From the sequence record NC_070872.1: a DNA stretch of 64,000 nt; one strand, given 5' to 3'. Source of the stretch: Escherichia phage U1G. This document shows positions 10,071-19,547 of the stretch, piece after piece (position 1 is the first letter of the stretch; each line of letters starts with the position of its first letter). The notes under the pieces are model-generated. The model did not search any database. It was not told where the DNA came from and saw only the letters and a list, made by a program, of their open reading frames with translations. The translations under genes and the position numbers were made by a program.

Positions 10071-12131
10071 ATGAAAATCGAACTGATTTCTATCATCGCA
10101 CTGGCAGTTGACAGTCGAAACCTAACGTTGTGGAAGCCAGATGGCTCCACAATTGTGTATCCTCAGAGCGACCCACGGGTTGCTCGTATTGTATCTGAAG
10201 CACAAACCAAAGGCTTGGGAATTACCAAAGACCTGATAGAAGTAAACATTGCACCAGAAGTATCACTACGTACTGAGTATCTGGAAGCAGAGAAGAGCAC
10301 TAATGGATTTGTCCGTTTCTTCAAGGTCGCTAAAGCTAAACTCAAAGAGTTCTTTCAGGATGGTACAGGTGTTCCACCAGCTCGTATCGTTTCTGATATT
10401 AAGCTGGGCAATCCTACTAAGACATTAGTATCTAAAGCTATGGATACCTTCCTGGCTATACAGGCTAATGAACCAGAAGTAACAGTAACAGACGGTTGTT
10501 ATGACAGGCGTGACAATCTGATGTGGGTTACTGGCTGGGACAAAGACCATAACCATCCTGCACTGGTTCGCTTTATTAACGACGTAATGGGTTGGGGGTA
10601 TGAACATACCAACACCATGCTCAGACAGGAATGGCCTGTTGCAGTTCGTGCAGTATCCGATGATGAAATGGGTGAGTTTGCTAAACAAGCCAAGCACATC
10701 AAAGGTGTACATATTGTATTTACCAGCCGTAAACATACCCCACCGCCTTATATTGAAGTAGCTAAACCTACTAACCAGGATAAGCTGACTGCTGCTTCTG
10801 AGAAGCTAGCTGCATTGGGGGCTATTAGTACTGATGACGCTAACTTCCACACTGATGTGAAAGAAGATGAAGTGGTTGTTGCTGTTACCAACGATGGGGT
10901 TATCCCTGGAGTTGAGAACCTGCAACGTCACTTACGTCAGTCTGCCAAGTTGAAAGACTACAAGGGCTTCACTAAGTTCCTTGAGCGTCTGGCTCCGGTT
11001 ATTAAAGACCGTCTGCACTCAGTAGAAGACCTGATGAAGTTCATGGAAACTGCTGAATTGCCTATCGCTGATGATGGTTCAATCCTGTTCCTTAAACGCC
11101 TTCAGTATAAAGGGAAAGAAGATGGTAAACGTGTATTCGTTGACTGTCACTCAGGTAACATCAAACAGTGGGTAGGCTGTAAAGTGCAGGTACGGGAAGA
11201 CCTGGTAGATCCTGACCGTCGTCAGGACTGTTCTAACGGTCTGCATGTAGCATCCATGAGCTACATTCGTAGCTTCGGTGGTAACGTAACTGTCCTTGGT
11301 AAAGTAGCACCAGAAGATGTGTTTGCTGTTCCTCAGTACAGCACTAATAAAATGCGTGTATCTGCGTATCACATTATTGCTGAACTGCCTGAAGAGGAAC
11401 GTTGCAACGTTAATAGTGGTATCTATTTGTCTAAGACAGAAGTAGGTAAGAAGCTACTTAATGATGCCATAGTTGGGAACCATAGTTCACCTACCACACT
11501 TGTTATGGTTGGTGGTCATTATGGTACTAACCTCAAATACACTAATCTCACATCTGGTTCTATAGAACAATTCCGTATAGCTGCTAGTAAGGAAGCACTG
11601 AACATGGAAGAGTCGCTGAATGAAGCTGTAGCTGCTGAACCAGTGAAAGCTACTGACCTTAAACCTGTTATTAAGAAGGCTCCTACTGTGAAAGAACAAA
11701 TCCAGGAACTGGTTAAAGAGTTCCTAAATGCAACAACCCCAGAAGATAAGTTAGCTGCTGCTGACCTTCTGGTAGAACTGCGTTCCAAAGCTCGTAAGCC
11801 TTGGGCTGCATTTGATGTAGGTAGTGACGTGGTAGCTAAGATTGCTGATGTACGTGCTACCTATACAACTAAGCCTATTGGTAAACCTAAAGCTGTTAAG
11901 CAGGATATGACAGTTAAACCTACCCGTTCTGCTGCTGCCACTAAAGTAGCTCCATCTGGTAAACACGCTGATAATCTGCGTAGCATCCTGAACGATACGT
12001 CATATTCTGACTATCAGAAAGGCCATGCTCTGCAAGATTATAAGCGTCATGCTAAGAAGTCATTCACTGCAATGGGTCTGACTGAAGAAGAAGCTAAATT
12101 AGCTACCAAGCTGGTTAAAGCAGTTAAGTAA
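10071..12131 (+). CDS. rIIB: rIIB-like protein
   Basis: 686-aa ORF immediately after the rIIA-like gene; assignment by synteny and size only. Confidence 0.4.
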   Translation: MKIELISIIALAVDSRNLTLWKPDGSTIVYPQSDPRVARIVSEAQTKGLGITKDLIEVNIAPEVSLRTEYLEAEKSTNGFVRFFKVAKAKLKEFFQDGTGVPPARIVSDIKLGNPTKTLVSKAMDTFLAIQANEPEVTVTDGCYDRRDNLMWVTGWDKDHNHPALVRFINDVMGWGYEHTNTMLRQEWPVAVRAVSDDEMGEFAKQAKHIKGVHIVFTSRKHTPPPYIEVAKPTNQDKLTAASEKLAALGAISTDDANFHTDVKEDEVVVAVTNDGVIPGVENLQRHLRQSAKLKDYKGFTKFLERLAPVIKDRLHSVEDLMKFMETAELPIADDGSILFLKRLQYKGKEDGKRVFVDCHSGNIKQWVGCKVQVREDLVDPDRRQDCSNGLHVASMSYIRSFGGNVTVLGKVAPEDVFAVPQYSTNKMRVSAYHIIAELPEEERCNVNSGIYLSKTEVGKKLLNDAIVGNHSSPTTLVMVGGHYGTNLKYTNLTSGSIEQFRIAASKEALNMEESLNEAVAAEPVKATDLKPVIKKAPTVKEQIQELVKEFLNATTPEDKLAAADLLVELRSKARKPWAAFDVGSDVVAKIADVRATYTTKPIGKPKAVKQDMTVKPTRSAAATKVAPSGKHADNLRSILNDTSYSDYQKGHALQDYKRHAKKSFTAMGLTEEEAKLATKLVKAVK

Positions 12132-12193
12132 TAGCCTGTTCAAATGCCCTCGCTTGTAATAAAGTGAGGGTAAATTTGAAGAGGAATTGTACT

Positions 12194-12589
12194 ATGAGTA
12201 AAGTATTCAGAAGTAATCGCAAAGCAACTGATGAAGACATCATTCGTATGAATGCTGTTGGGCTGTCCCTCGCAACTATCGCTAAGACGTTGGGGGTTCA
12301 CCCCACTACGGTTACTTTGCGATTGCGTTCTTTAAACATTGAACCAGCCGACACACGTCGGACGTTCATGGAAAACGTATTACGTCCTTTACCAACCCAT
12401 GTGGCTGATTGGCTATCAGAACAAGTTGGTCCTGCTTATGAAATTCGTTCATATGTAAGGGACTTGATTCTGGAGGCATATAATAATCGCCACCTTAACC
12501 AAGAGAGTGAGCATGACAAGTTCATCCGTTTGTACGCTGGCAAATACGGAAGCCTGGTTCCGGAAAGCAGTACCAAATCCGACGAGTAA
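12194..12589 (+). CDS. hypothetical helix-turn-helix protein
   Basis: HTH-like LSLATIAKTLGVHPTTV; ORF track gives 12164 start. Confidence 0.35.
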   Translation: MSKVFRSNRKATDEDIIRMNAVGLSLATIAKTLGVHPTTVTLRLRSLNIEPADTRRTFMENVLRPLPTHVADWLSEQVGPAYEIRSYVRDLILEAYNNRHLNQESEHDKFIRLYAGKYGSLVPESSTKSDE

Positions 12590-12770
12590 GAATATTAGTA
12601 CCCAGATTGGTTGTCATCTGGAAGAAGTAGTAGAGATGCTAGACGAGTTATACGCTAACTCAGAAGATGCTTACGATATTCTTCACAATGCCATTGCAGC
12701 ATTAACCGAATTGTCTGATTTAATGAAAAAGATGACAAAGAGGTATATGCACCGAACAGCCATCGTTTAG
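12507..12770 (+). CDS. hypothetical protein, possibly MazG-like NTP pyrophosphohydrolase (N-terminal part)
   Basis: EE..E-type motif HLEEVVEMLDEL; -1 frame stays open from 12719 to 12957 with no start codon, implying a frame break at the A5 run 12726..12730. Confidence 0.3.
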   Translation: MSMTSSSVCTLANTEAWFRKAVPNPTSKNISTQIGCHLEEVVEMLDELYANSEDAYDILHNAIAALTELSDLMKKMTKRYMHRTAIV

Positions 12771-12970
12771 CTATCCTTGATAGTCTTGCTGACCAGATTG
12801 TTACAGCAACCGGCGTCGGTACTTTCCTTGGGATGAATGTCCCTGGAGCATTGAATGAAGTCAATCGCTCTAACTATTCTAAATTTGAAGATGGAGAACC
12901 TGTCTTCAATGAGAACAAGAAAGTCATGAAGGGTAAAGACTACACTCCCCGGATTTAACCTCATTCGTAT

Positions 12971-12994
12971 AGCCCCAGTAGGGGCTTTTCTTCT
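12971..12994 (+). terminator. rho-independent terminator
   Basis: Stem agcccc / ggggct, loop agta, followed by ttttcttct. Confidence 0.55.
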
Positions 12995-13004
12995 ATGGAC
13001 TATT

Positions 13005-13502
13005 ATGAACTGGAACCAAATATTCGATTTCGTAGATGGCAAGCTCTACTGGAAAAACTGTACACAGCCTTTTAGAAATGGCACAGAAGCTGGTTGCTTA
13101 TCTGAGGATGGTTATCTAAGTGTAAGGCACAATAGAGTACTATATCTAAACCATCACATAATTTTCGAGATGCATAAAGGTAAGATTCCCCCAGGTATGG
13201 TGATTGACCATGATGACAGGAACAAACTTAATAATTACCCAAGCAATTTAATAGCCAAAACCCAACAAGATAACACCAAAAACCAAACCATGCGTAAAAG
13301 CAATATGGCAGGTTGCACAGGTGTTCGCTTTAGAAGTGAAAGGGGTAAATGGCAAGCCCGAATTACTGTAGATGGTAAGCAAAAACACCTAGGTTATTTT
13401 ACAACCAAAGAAGATGCTATATCAGCAAGAGAGGAAGCCAACATAAAGTATGGTTTCCATAAAAACCATGGAAAACCTACTGGAGGCTCCTTTGTTCGCT
13501 AA
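13005..13502 (+). CDS. HNH homing endonuclease with AP2 domain (free-standing)
   Basis: HNH_3-like VIDHDDRNKLNNYPSNL and AP2-like GVRFRSERGKWQARITVDGKQKHLGYFTTKEDA. Confidence 0.7.
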   Translation: MNWNQIFDFVDGKLYWKNCTQPFRNGTEAGCLSEDGYLSVRHNRVLYLNHHIIFEMHKGKIPPGMVIDHDDRNKLNNYPSNLIAKTQQDNTKNQTMRKSNMAGCTGVRFRSERGKWQARITVDGKQKHLGYFTTKEDAISAREEANIKYGFHKNHGKPTGGSFVR

Positions 13503-14802
13503 AAGTAATAAAAAACCCCTCAACTCTGGGCAAGAATTAGTAGCAAAAGCATTTTTTGATTTCTTATTAGACCCTAATTCAACTGAGTTTGGAATTTCAG
13601 GACCTGGGGGAACTGGTAAGACATTCCTGATGTCGCACCTCATTGATGACACTATGCCTGCATACATGGAAACTTGTTCTTTGATGGGAACCAAGCCCCT
13701 GTATAACGAAGTTGTCATGACTGCAACCACGAACAAAGCTGCTGAAGTACTGGCTCAAGCTACAGGACGTCCAACATCTACCTATCACTCCTTCCAGGGT
13801 CTGATTGTTAAGAATGACTTTAAGACTGGTGAGGCTAACGTAGTGCCATCTAAATCATTCAACATTAAGAAGAACAAGATTATCTTCGTAGACGAAGCAT
13901 CCATGATTGATCGTCAGTTACTTAAGTATGCTCGTGAAGGTACTCACCAGTGCAAACTGGTATTTGTAGGCGATGCTTCTCAGCTACTGCCTGTTAAAGA
14001 GAATAAGTCTCCGGTATATGCAGGTAATATCCCAACACACTATCTGACTGAACAGATGCGTACTGATGCACCGGAACTTAAAGCATTGCACCAGCAATTG
14101 CGTGATACGGTGGAAGGTAAGACAGGCTTCCTGCCAATTAAATGTATCCCTGGTATCATTGACTGGGTACAGGAGGAAGAGATGGAGAAATTGGTTCTCA
14201 GTCACTTCACTCAACCTACCAACAGCCGTATTGTTGCTTACACAAATGACCAGGTTATTAATTACAATAACTACATTCGTGAAGCTAACGGTTATGTAGG
14301 TGAGTACTCCATCGGCGAGCAGCTGGTATCTAACTCTGCTGTTCGCCTGGGTGTGGAAGACCGTTTGTCTATTGAGCAGGACGTAAAACTCATCGACCAG
14401 GATAGCAGTACTCGCATGATTAAAGTTACAGGTGACCTGGAACTGAAAGTTCGTGATAGTACTCTTGACCTCGGTTATGGTGGCATTGTAAGTGAAGTTC
14501 CAGTTCCTACTGACCCAGACTACTTTAACCGTTTGGTTAAGTGGTTAGGTAAAGAAAAGAACTGGGAACCTTACTTCCGTCTTAAAGAAACCATTCCAGA
14601 CCTACGTGCTACTCATGCATGTACTGTCCATAAATCTCAAGGCTCTACTTACGACACAATCTTCATTGACGCAAATGACCTCTCAAGCTGTCGCCAACCA
14701 GATATGGTTGCCCGTCTGCTTTACGTCGCTGTGTCTCGTGCTCGTAAGCGTGTAGTGTTCTATGGCAATCTTGCCAGTAAGTACGGTGGCCTAACTTTCT
14801 AA
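13450..14802 (+). CDS. SF1 DNA helicase (Dda/RecD-like)
   Basis: Walker A GPGGTGKT, Walker B IIFVDEASMI, C-terminal HACTVHKSQGSTYD; true start may be 13468 (MENLLE). Confidence 0.7.
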   Translation: MVSIKTMENLLEAPLFAKSNKKPLNSGQELVAKAFFDFLLDPNSTEFGISGPGGTGKTFLMSHLIDDTMPAYMETCSLMGTKPLYNEVVMTATTNKAAEVLAQATGRPTSTYHSFQGLIVKNDFKTGEANVVPSKSFNIKKNKIIFVDEASMIDRQLLKYAREGTHQCKLVFVGDASQLLPVKENKSPVYAGNIPTHYLTEQMRTDAPELKALHQQLRDTVEGKTGFLPIKCIPGIIDWVQEEEMEKLVLSHFTQPTNSRIVAYTNDQVINYNNYIREANGYVGEYSIGEQLVSNSAVRLGVEDRLSIEQDVKLIDQDSSTRMIKVTGDLELKVRDSTLDLGYGGIVSEVPVPTDPDYFNRLVKWLGKEKNWEPYFRLKETIPDLRATHACTVHKSQGSTYDTIFIDANDLSSCRQPDMVARLLYVAVSRARKRVVFYGNLASKYGGLTF

Positions 14803-14812
14803 GGGAGGATAT

Positions 14813-15343
14813 ATGCCTCAGATTGGTTCAGCGACTATTGGTCAAGTTGCCAATAGCAGCGAGATAGTCAAGCATCTGTTCTTAGCAGAACTGGTTCGTC
14901 TTGATGGTGTGTTAAACGGTATCATTGATAAGAATGATCGTATCAATGGTGTAGATGTATCAGCTGGATTCCTTTACCAGGGTGAGTTCTATCAGCGTTC
15001 TAACGCTACCAGACCTCCAACCTACGGTGAGCGATTAACGCTTAATCCAGAACTGTGGCCTGCAATGGACAAGTATCTGAAAGCCTCCAGTCGTTTGATT
15101 ATGGAAGTACACCTTGTGAACCAGACTGTATATCGTCTGGTTCGTGGCTGTATGTCCTATCAGGATGTACGTGATGCTCTGCCTGAGTGTCTGGTAGCAC
15201 AAGACCAGACGGGTCAGTACAAAGGTCTGCCTCGTACTCGTGAAGCAGCTTGGACACTTGCTGGTGATGCTATGGCAATCAAGCAGTATGAGAAGATTCT
15301 GCCCTCTATTGAGTATTATGCAGCTTCCCATCTGATTTTCTAA
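14813..15343 (+). CDS. hypothetical protein
   Basis: 176-aa ORF between helicase and polymerase. Confidence 0.4.
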   Translation: MPQIGSATIGQVANSSEIVKHLFLAELVRLDGVLNGIIDKNDRINGVDVSAGFLYQGEFYQRSNATRPPTYGERLTLNPELWPAMDKYLKASSRLIMEVHLVNQTVYRLVRGCMSYQDVRDALPECLVAQDQTGQYKGLPRTREAAWTLAGDAMAIKQYEKILPSIEYYAASHLIF

Positions 15344-15352
15344 GGTAAAGCT

Positions 15353-17167
15353 ATGCGTTACATCACCTCTCAGGATACTGGTAAGTATCCTATTGCTATC
15401 CTCGGTCATCAAATCCGAAGGGAGGAGATGATTAAAACCTATCTGCTGCCTTATGACCTAAGTATGGAAGACTTCATCTTTATTGAACTTCATTCTGCCC
15501 CCGGCAAGAAAACTCCTGCAAGAGAGATTAAGGAGTTCATACAGCAGGAACTGCAACAAGTACTGGATGATGCAGAGACTCAATACATTATCTGTACCGA
15601 TTCTGACTACTTCAAAATACTGACTAAAGAAGCTAAAGCAGAGGCTAACCTCGGCTATGTTTGTGACTCAGTATGGGGTAAGCAGAAGGTTATCTATGCA
15701 CCTAGCTACAGACAGGTCTTTTATGACCCTCCTGTAGTGAAATCCAAGATTGCTCAGGGTATGGATGCATTACTTAACCACATACGTGGGCAGTATGCTG
15801 AACCAGGTCAAGGAATCATTGAGTTTGAAGCCTATCCGGATACTCCCGAGAAGATTAAAGCCTGGCTAGACCAGTTGCTTGAGATGAATAAGCCATTGGC
15901 TATAGACATCGAAGCATTCGGTTTAAAGCACTATAACGCCGGTATAGGGACAATTACATTCTGTTGGAGTAAAACACAAGGCATAGCCTTTAACGTGGAC
16001 TACGAGCCGATTCCTGGAGCTACTGAAGCACCATACGGGCGTATCAACCGTAATGATATTGTTCGAAACCTTCTGCGTGAGTTCTTCATTAAGTACACCC
16101 AACGGCAGATGTATCACAACATTAGCTATGATGTGTACATACTTATCTATCAGTTATTCATGGATAATCTGATTGATACAGAGGGACTACTACATGGCAT
16201 GGACATCATGCTGCGTAATTGGGACTGTACTAAGTTAATCACCTATCTGGCTACTAACAGTTGTGCAGGCAATCATCTTAGTCTAAAAGAGCAGGCTCAG
16301 GAGTATGCTGGTAACTATGCTCAGGATGATATCAAAGACATACGTCTTATTCCTAATGAGCAACTGTTACGCTACAACCTCATTGATGGTTTGTGTACTT
16401 GGTACACATACGAGAAGCACTGGGATACTCTCATTGCCGATGACCAACTTGATGTTTACAACAGCATCTTTAAACCAGCCTGTGAAGACATTATTCAGAT
16501 GCAGTTAACCGGTATGCCCATGAATATGGAAACCGTTAACCAAGTAGCTGAAGAAATGGAAACTGACAGGAACCAGGCTCTGAAAACTATTCGTGAGTCT
16601 AACCTCATGAAGAACTTTACCCTGATGCTTCGTCAGGAATGGGTAGACGATAAGAATGCTAAGCTTAAGAAGAAGCAGGTAACACTAGCTGATTGTGACA
16701 TTGAGTTTAATCCTAACTCTGGCCCACAACTACAGAAGCTGTTATTTGACTATATCGGCTTACCGGTTCTTGGTCTTACTAAGAGCAAGCAACCTGCTAC
16801 TGACGGTGACACTATTAAAGCACTGCGTACACATACGCAGAGTGAAGATGTTAAGGAACTGCTCAATGCACTTATCGACTATAAGCTCGTGGATAAGATT
16901 ATCACTAGCTTTATACCAGCTTTCAGGAATGCCCAACCGGGACCAGATGGCTGGCACTACCTGTTCGGTAACCTCAATCTGGGAGGCACAGTCTCCGGTA
17001 GGTTATCGGCTTCAGAGCCAAATCTACAAACAATTCCATCCGGCTCTAAATATGCCAAGAAGATTAAGAAATGCTTCGAAGCTCCACCTAGTTGTTACTT
17101 GCCAAACAGGACCAAGCTGGATACATTAATCCAGTCCCTGAAAAATACAATTAGTGGTGCCAAATGA
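15353..17167 (+). CDS. family-A DNA polymerase, N-terminal part (3'-5' exonuclease and start of polymerase domain)
   Basis: Exo motif LAIDIEAFGL; polymerase segment GRLSASEPNLQTIP...KKCFEAPP stops just before motif A; functional exon probably ends near 17089. Confidence 0.7.
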   Translation: MRYITSQDTGKYPIAILGHQIRREEMIKTYLLPYDLSMEDFIFIELHSAPGKKTPAREIKEFIQQELQQVLDDAETQYIICTDSDYFKILTKEAKAEANLGYVCDSVWGKQKVIYAPSYRQVFYDPPVVKSKIAQGMDALLNHIRGQYAEPGQGIIEFEAYPDTPEKIKAWLDQLLEMNKPLAIDIEAFGLKHYNAGIGTITFCWSKTQGIAFNVDYEPIPGATEAPYGRINRNDIVRNLLREFFIKYTQRQMYHNISYDVYILIYQLFMDNLIDTEGLLHGMDIMLRNWDCTKLITYLATNSCAGNHLSLKEQAQEYAGNYAQDDIKDIRLIPNEQLLRYNLIDGLCTWYTYEKHWDTLIADDQLDVYNSIFKPACEDIIQMQLTGMPMNMETVNQVAEEMETDRNQALKTIRESNLMKNFTLMLRQEWVDDKNAKLKKKQVTLADCDIEFNPNSGPQLQKLLFDYIGLPVLGLTKSKQPATDGDTIKALRTHTQSEDVKELLNALIDYKLVDKIITSFIPAFRNAQPGPDGWHYLFGNLNLGGTVSGRLSASEPNLQTIPSGSKYAKKIKKCFEAPPSCYLPNRTKLDTLIQSLKNTISGAK

Positions 17168-17820
17168 TAGGAAAGAAATTTAATAGATTGACTGTAGTCA
17201 GGTTCAGTCACAAAGACAAATACTATGCAAAGCATTGGGAATGCCTTTGTGACTGTGGGAATACTACTATAGTCAACAATCAAAAATTAAAGAGTGGTCA
17301 TACAAGAAGTTGTGGATGTTTACACAAAGAATGCCTACGTAACTATAAAGATGGTCGTTCTAAGGAACTACTATATAAGGTTTACTACGGCATCCTTGAC
17401 CGCTGCCATAATGAAAAGTGTTCCACTTATTACAAATATGGGGCTAAGGGCATAAGTGTTTGCGATGAGTGGAAAAATTCATACGAAACTTTCCGAGATT
17501 GGGCATTATCTTCTGGTTATGCAGCAGGTCTTAGTATCGACAGGATTGATGCCTATAAAGGATATTCTCCAGACAACTGTAGATGGGCAAATAGAAGTAC
17601 CCAACAAACTAACAAAAGGGTTTGGAGTACAACTCCTTACGTTAGCTACAGTAAGTCAAAAAATAAATGGGTAGGTAGAATTACCCATTTGGGTAAGAGA
17701 ATAGAAATCCGGGTAGATAGAGATCTAGATACTGTTATGAATGCAGTTATTGCTTATGTATTAGCTAATAACTTGGTTGAACAGGAGAAGGTACTTCGTA
17801 ATGCAGGACTTATTAAATAA
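17164..17820 (+). CDS. putative homing endonuclease inserted in the DNA polymerase gene
   Basis: N-terminal GKKFNRLTVV and Cys/His cluster, AP2-like C-terminal segment; sits exactly between polymerase motif-A halves. Confidence 0.5.
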   Translation: MIGKKFNRLTVVRFSHKDKYYAKHWECLCDCGNTTIVNNQKLKSGHTRSCGCLHKECLRNYKDGRSKELLYKVYYGILDRCHNEKCSTYYKYGAKGISVCDEWKNSYETFRDWALSSGYAAGLSIDRIDAYKGYSPDNCRWANRSTQQTNKRVWSTTPYVSYSKSKNKWVGRITHLGKRIEIRVDRDLDTVMNAVIAYVLANNLVEQEKVLRNAGLIK

Positions 17821-18772
17821 ATTAGTTAGCATAAAGGATAGAGTAACCCTGGATGACTATGACGAGTTAATACAATTAGCTAGTAAATATGGCATGCAGG
17901 AACAAGTATCTGAATGCTTTGACTATGAGGGTGGATGGTTGTTTTGTGGGCTAGACTTTGCGTCCTTAGAGGATCGCATATCAGCCCTAACAACCAAAGA
18001 CCCTAATAAATTGCGTGTGTATACTGACGGGTTTGACGGTCATTCACTCAGAGCTAAATTTTATTTCGGTGAACAAATGCCGGATATTGATGACTCTGTA
18101 GAAAGCATCAACTCTATACAGAAAAAATATAAAGCCTTACGTAGCGAATCGAAAGCACCTACTTTCTTACTGACCTACGGCGGAACTTATATGGGCTTAA
18201 TGAAAAACTGTGGCTTCTCGGAAGAGAAGGCTAAATTAATTGAGTCCAGATACCACGAAATGTATACGGTTAGTGATGCCTGGGTTCAGGCTAAGCTAGA
18301 CGAAGCTGCTAAGACTGGTTATGTAACTGCTGCATTTGGTTTGAGAGTGCGTACTCCTTTACTGGCTCAGGTTTTACGTGGGACATGTAAGACCCCATAT
18401 GAAGCAGAAGCTGAAGGCAGGACTGCTGGTAATGCATTAGGTCAAAGCTGGTGTCTACTGAATAATCGTGCTGGCTCAGAGTTTATGCGTAAAGTCAGAA
18501 CCAGTGAGTTCAGATTAGATATACGTCCTTGTATTCACATTCATGATGCCCAATACTTCATGATTCGTGACAACATGGATACCTTGCAGTACACGAACAA
18601 GCACTTGGTTGAAGCCGTTAACTGGCAAGACCATCCTGATATTGCTCATCCAGAAGTTGGTTTGGGTGGGGAACTATCCTTGTTTTACCCAACGTGGGCT
18701 AACGAGATTGAAATTCCAAATCACGCTACCCCAGATGAAGTTCATCAAATAATTCAAAAGGCATTCGCATGA
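17777..18772 (+). CDS. family-A DNA polymerase, C-terminal part (motifs A, B, C)
   Basis: Motif A GGWLFCGLDFASLEDRI, motif B KAPTFLLTYGG, motif C HIHDAQ; real exon probably begins near 17900. Confidence 0.7.
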   Translation: MNRRRYFVMQDLLNKLVSIKDRVTLDDYDELIQLASKYGMQEQVSECFDYEGGWLFCGLDFASLEDRISALTTKDPNKLRVYTDGFDGHSLRAKFYFGEQMPDIDDSVESINSIQKKYKALRSESKAPTFLLTYGGTYMGLMKNCGFSEEKAKLIESRYHEMYTVSDAWVQAKLDEAAKTGYVTAAFGLRVRTPLLAQVLRGTCKTPYEAEAEGRTAGNALGQSWCLLNNRAGSEFMRKVRTSEFRLDIRPCIHIHDAQYFMIRDNMDTLQYTNKHLVEAVNWQDHPDIAHPEVGLGGELSLFYPTWANEIEIPNHATPDEVHQIIQKAFA

Positions 18773-19074
18773 CTAAAAGTACGAAAGAAACCGTTGTCAG
18801 AAAATATCATTGGATGGTAGCAGCACAGGTAATCTTCCAGCTTCCCAAAGCTGATGATGGCTCTCTGCTTACCATGAACACAATGCTGCTCACTGATGAA
18901 CCTTACGTGACTTATAAAGATTTGGCTCGTGCCAATCACTCTCTGAAGATTAGTCTGGACCAGCGTTTTGATACCTCGGTTGACTTGAAAGACATCGTTT
19001 ATTTGTCTCTTAGCAACCTGGGTCTGATGTCTGAATCAAAGTTCCAGGCAAACATGATTCCCAAGGGGGAATAA
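18769..19074 (+). CDS. hypothetical protein
   Basis: 101-aa ORF, start overlaps the polymerase stop. Confidence 0.35.
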   Translation: MTKSTKETVVRKYHWMVAAQVIFQLPKADDGSLLTMNTMLLTDEPYVTYKDLARANHSLKISLDQRFDTSVDLKDIVYLSLSNLGLMSESKFQANMIPKGE

Positions 19075-19547
19075 TGACTAAGCTCTCCGGTGGATTGAAT
19101 AACTGGTATGTAGTACCAGTTAAGAACCCTCAACGGAAAGAGCAAGAGCCATACCAAGCAGAGTGTGAGGATATTATCCAGGCACTGGGCATGACCTTCG
19201 ATGAAGGTTGTGCCTTTAAAGCTCTATGGCGAAATGCTGCTGCCCGTATGGGTAATGGTAAACCTGGAAATACTCCAGTGTATGATTGTGAGAAGCTTGT
19301 TCATTATGCTAATCGACTACTTGCTAAAGCTTACTTTGATTCTAAGGATAGCGGTGAAGTAGTTAAGTTGGAAGAATCCAATACGGATTGGGTTTACAGT
19401 AATGAAAGACCATCCTTCATGCGTAAGTGGAAAAAGCTTGAGTATGAGTACAAAAACCATTGTACAACCTACACATGCTTTCCAGGGGAACCACAGCTAC
19501 TATCTATTAACTGGGCAGATATTTATCGTTATAGGATTACCTACTAA
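19074..19547 (+). CDS. hypothetical protein
   Basis: 157-aa ORF with overlapping stop/start. Confidence 0.35.
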   Translation: MTKLSGGLNNWYVVPVKNPQRKEQEPYQAECEDIIQALGMTFDEGCAFKALWRNAAARMGNGKPGNTPVYDCEKLVHYANRLLAKAYFDSKDSGEVVKLEESNTDWVYSNERPSFMRKWKKLEYEYKNHCTTYTCFPGEPQLLSINWADIYRYRITY

